Assembly: GCA_001929475.1 (NCBI GenBank)
Contig: LXFE01000206.1
Location: 50,369 to 70,368 of the forward strand
Reading direction: 5' to 3'
From: Neolecta irregularis DAH-3
Taxonomy: Eukaryota
DNA: 20,000 nt
Below, piece by piece: positions 19,605 through 20,000 of the stretch. The translations under genes were made by a program, and so were the position numbers. Position 1 is the first letter of the stretch, and each line of letters begins with the position of its first letter. The notes under the pieces are model-generated. The model did no database searches and was not told the DNA's origin. It saw only the letters and a list, made by a program, of their open reading frames with translations.

Positions 19605-20000
19605 ATGGTGATCATCCCTCCGCATTCCCTGCTCAATTGCTAGAACCATTCCGGTGGAGCGACAGGTCTTCCAGGAGACTGGGAAATTCGTCATTCGCGG
19701 TCCAAGAACCTTCCGTACTTTTACAACGTTGAAACCAAGGAATCGAAATGGGAGCCTCCTCCCGGGTCTGACACGGCTCTTCTTGAAGAATACATAAAGA
19801 CCCATTTTCCTGATGCGACGGGAAAGACACAGATCGTGAGGGCAAGTCATTTATTGGTAAAGCATAAAGACAGCCGGCGACCTAGTTCATGGAAACAAGT
19901 ACGTAATTATCCAATTCCTACTTATTCAGGACAACATCACTCGGACTAAAGAAGAAGCGTTGGGCCTGATTCAAGAATACCAAGCCGAAATTAACGGCGG
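19605..20000 (+). CDS. ESS1: Peptidyl-prolyl cis-trans isomerase Ess1/Pin1 (WW + parvulin), 3' end runs off the window
   Basis: Exons 19605-19607 (ATG only), 19644-19898, 19930->20000. WW domain GLPGDWEIRHSRSKNLPYFYNVETKESKWEPP and parvulin [31 protein letters not shown]. Confidence 0.95.

Noticed and set aside
25-19850. Many antisense or alternate-frame ORFs in the track (e.g. 135-560, 5531-5830, 14771-15103, 19479-19850)
   Set aside because: They are shadows of well-supported genes and have no recognisable motifs.
1947-20000. Apparent frameshifts and internal stops suggesting pseudogenes or an alternative genetic code
   Set aside because: All are resolved by 31-50 nt introns that give intact full-length proteins in the standard code.
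1-20000. CRISPR arrays, transposons, tRNA/rRNA genes, telomerase RNA template
   Set aside because: I saw no periodic repeats, transposase or reverse-transcriptase motifs, cloverleaf A/B boxes, or full TAACCCTAA template.

Overview
This is eukaryotic fungal DNA: gene-dense, with many very short spliceosomal introns, which is why the ORF track is fragmented. The gene content and style suggest an early-diverging ascomycete (Taphrinomycotina, possibly Neolecta-like); the taxon is an inference. I reconstructed 12 protein-coding genes by hand, 11 of them spliced: a RING+PHD finger protein (partial), SRP72, NIP7, PUS1, an orphan secreted/GPI-like protein, an uncharacterised ~720-aa protein, an isochorismatase-domain protein, coronin, haspin kinase, STE14/ICMT, a neurochondrin-like protein and ESS1/Pin1 (partial). 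The most notable signals are four. (1) The 41 inferred introns are all 31-50 nt with very degenerate splice signals: only 15/41 have +5G, 3 are GC-AG, and 8 end in GAG or AAG. (2) The Pin1 and neurochondrin-like start codons lie only 25 nt apart head-to-head. (3) The 720-aa protein appears to carry a catalytically dead retropepsin-like fold plus a PAM2-like motif. (4) That gene is flanked by hairpin-rich non-coding sequence. I found no CRISPR arrays, transposons, tRNA or rRNA genes. All intron models and folds were derived by eye and are untested.
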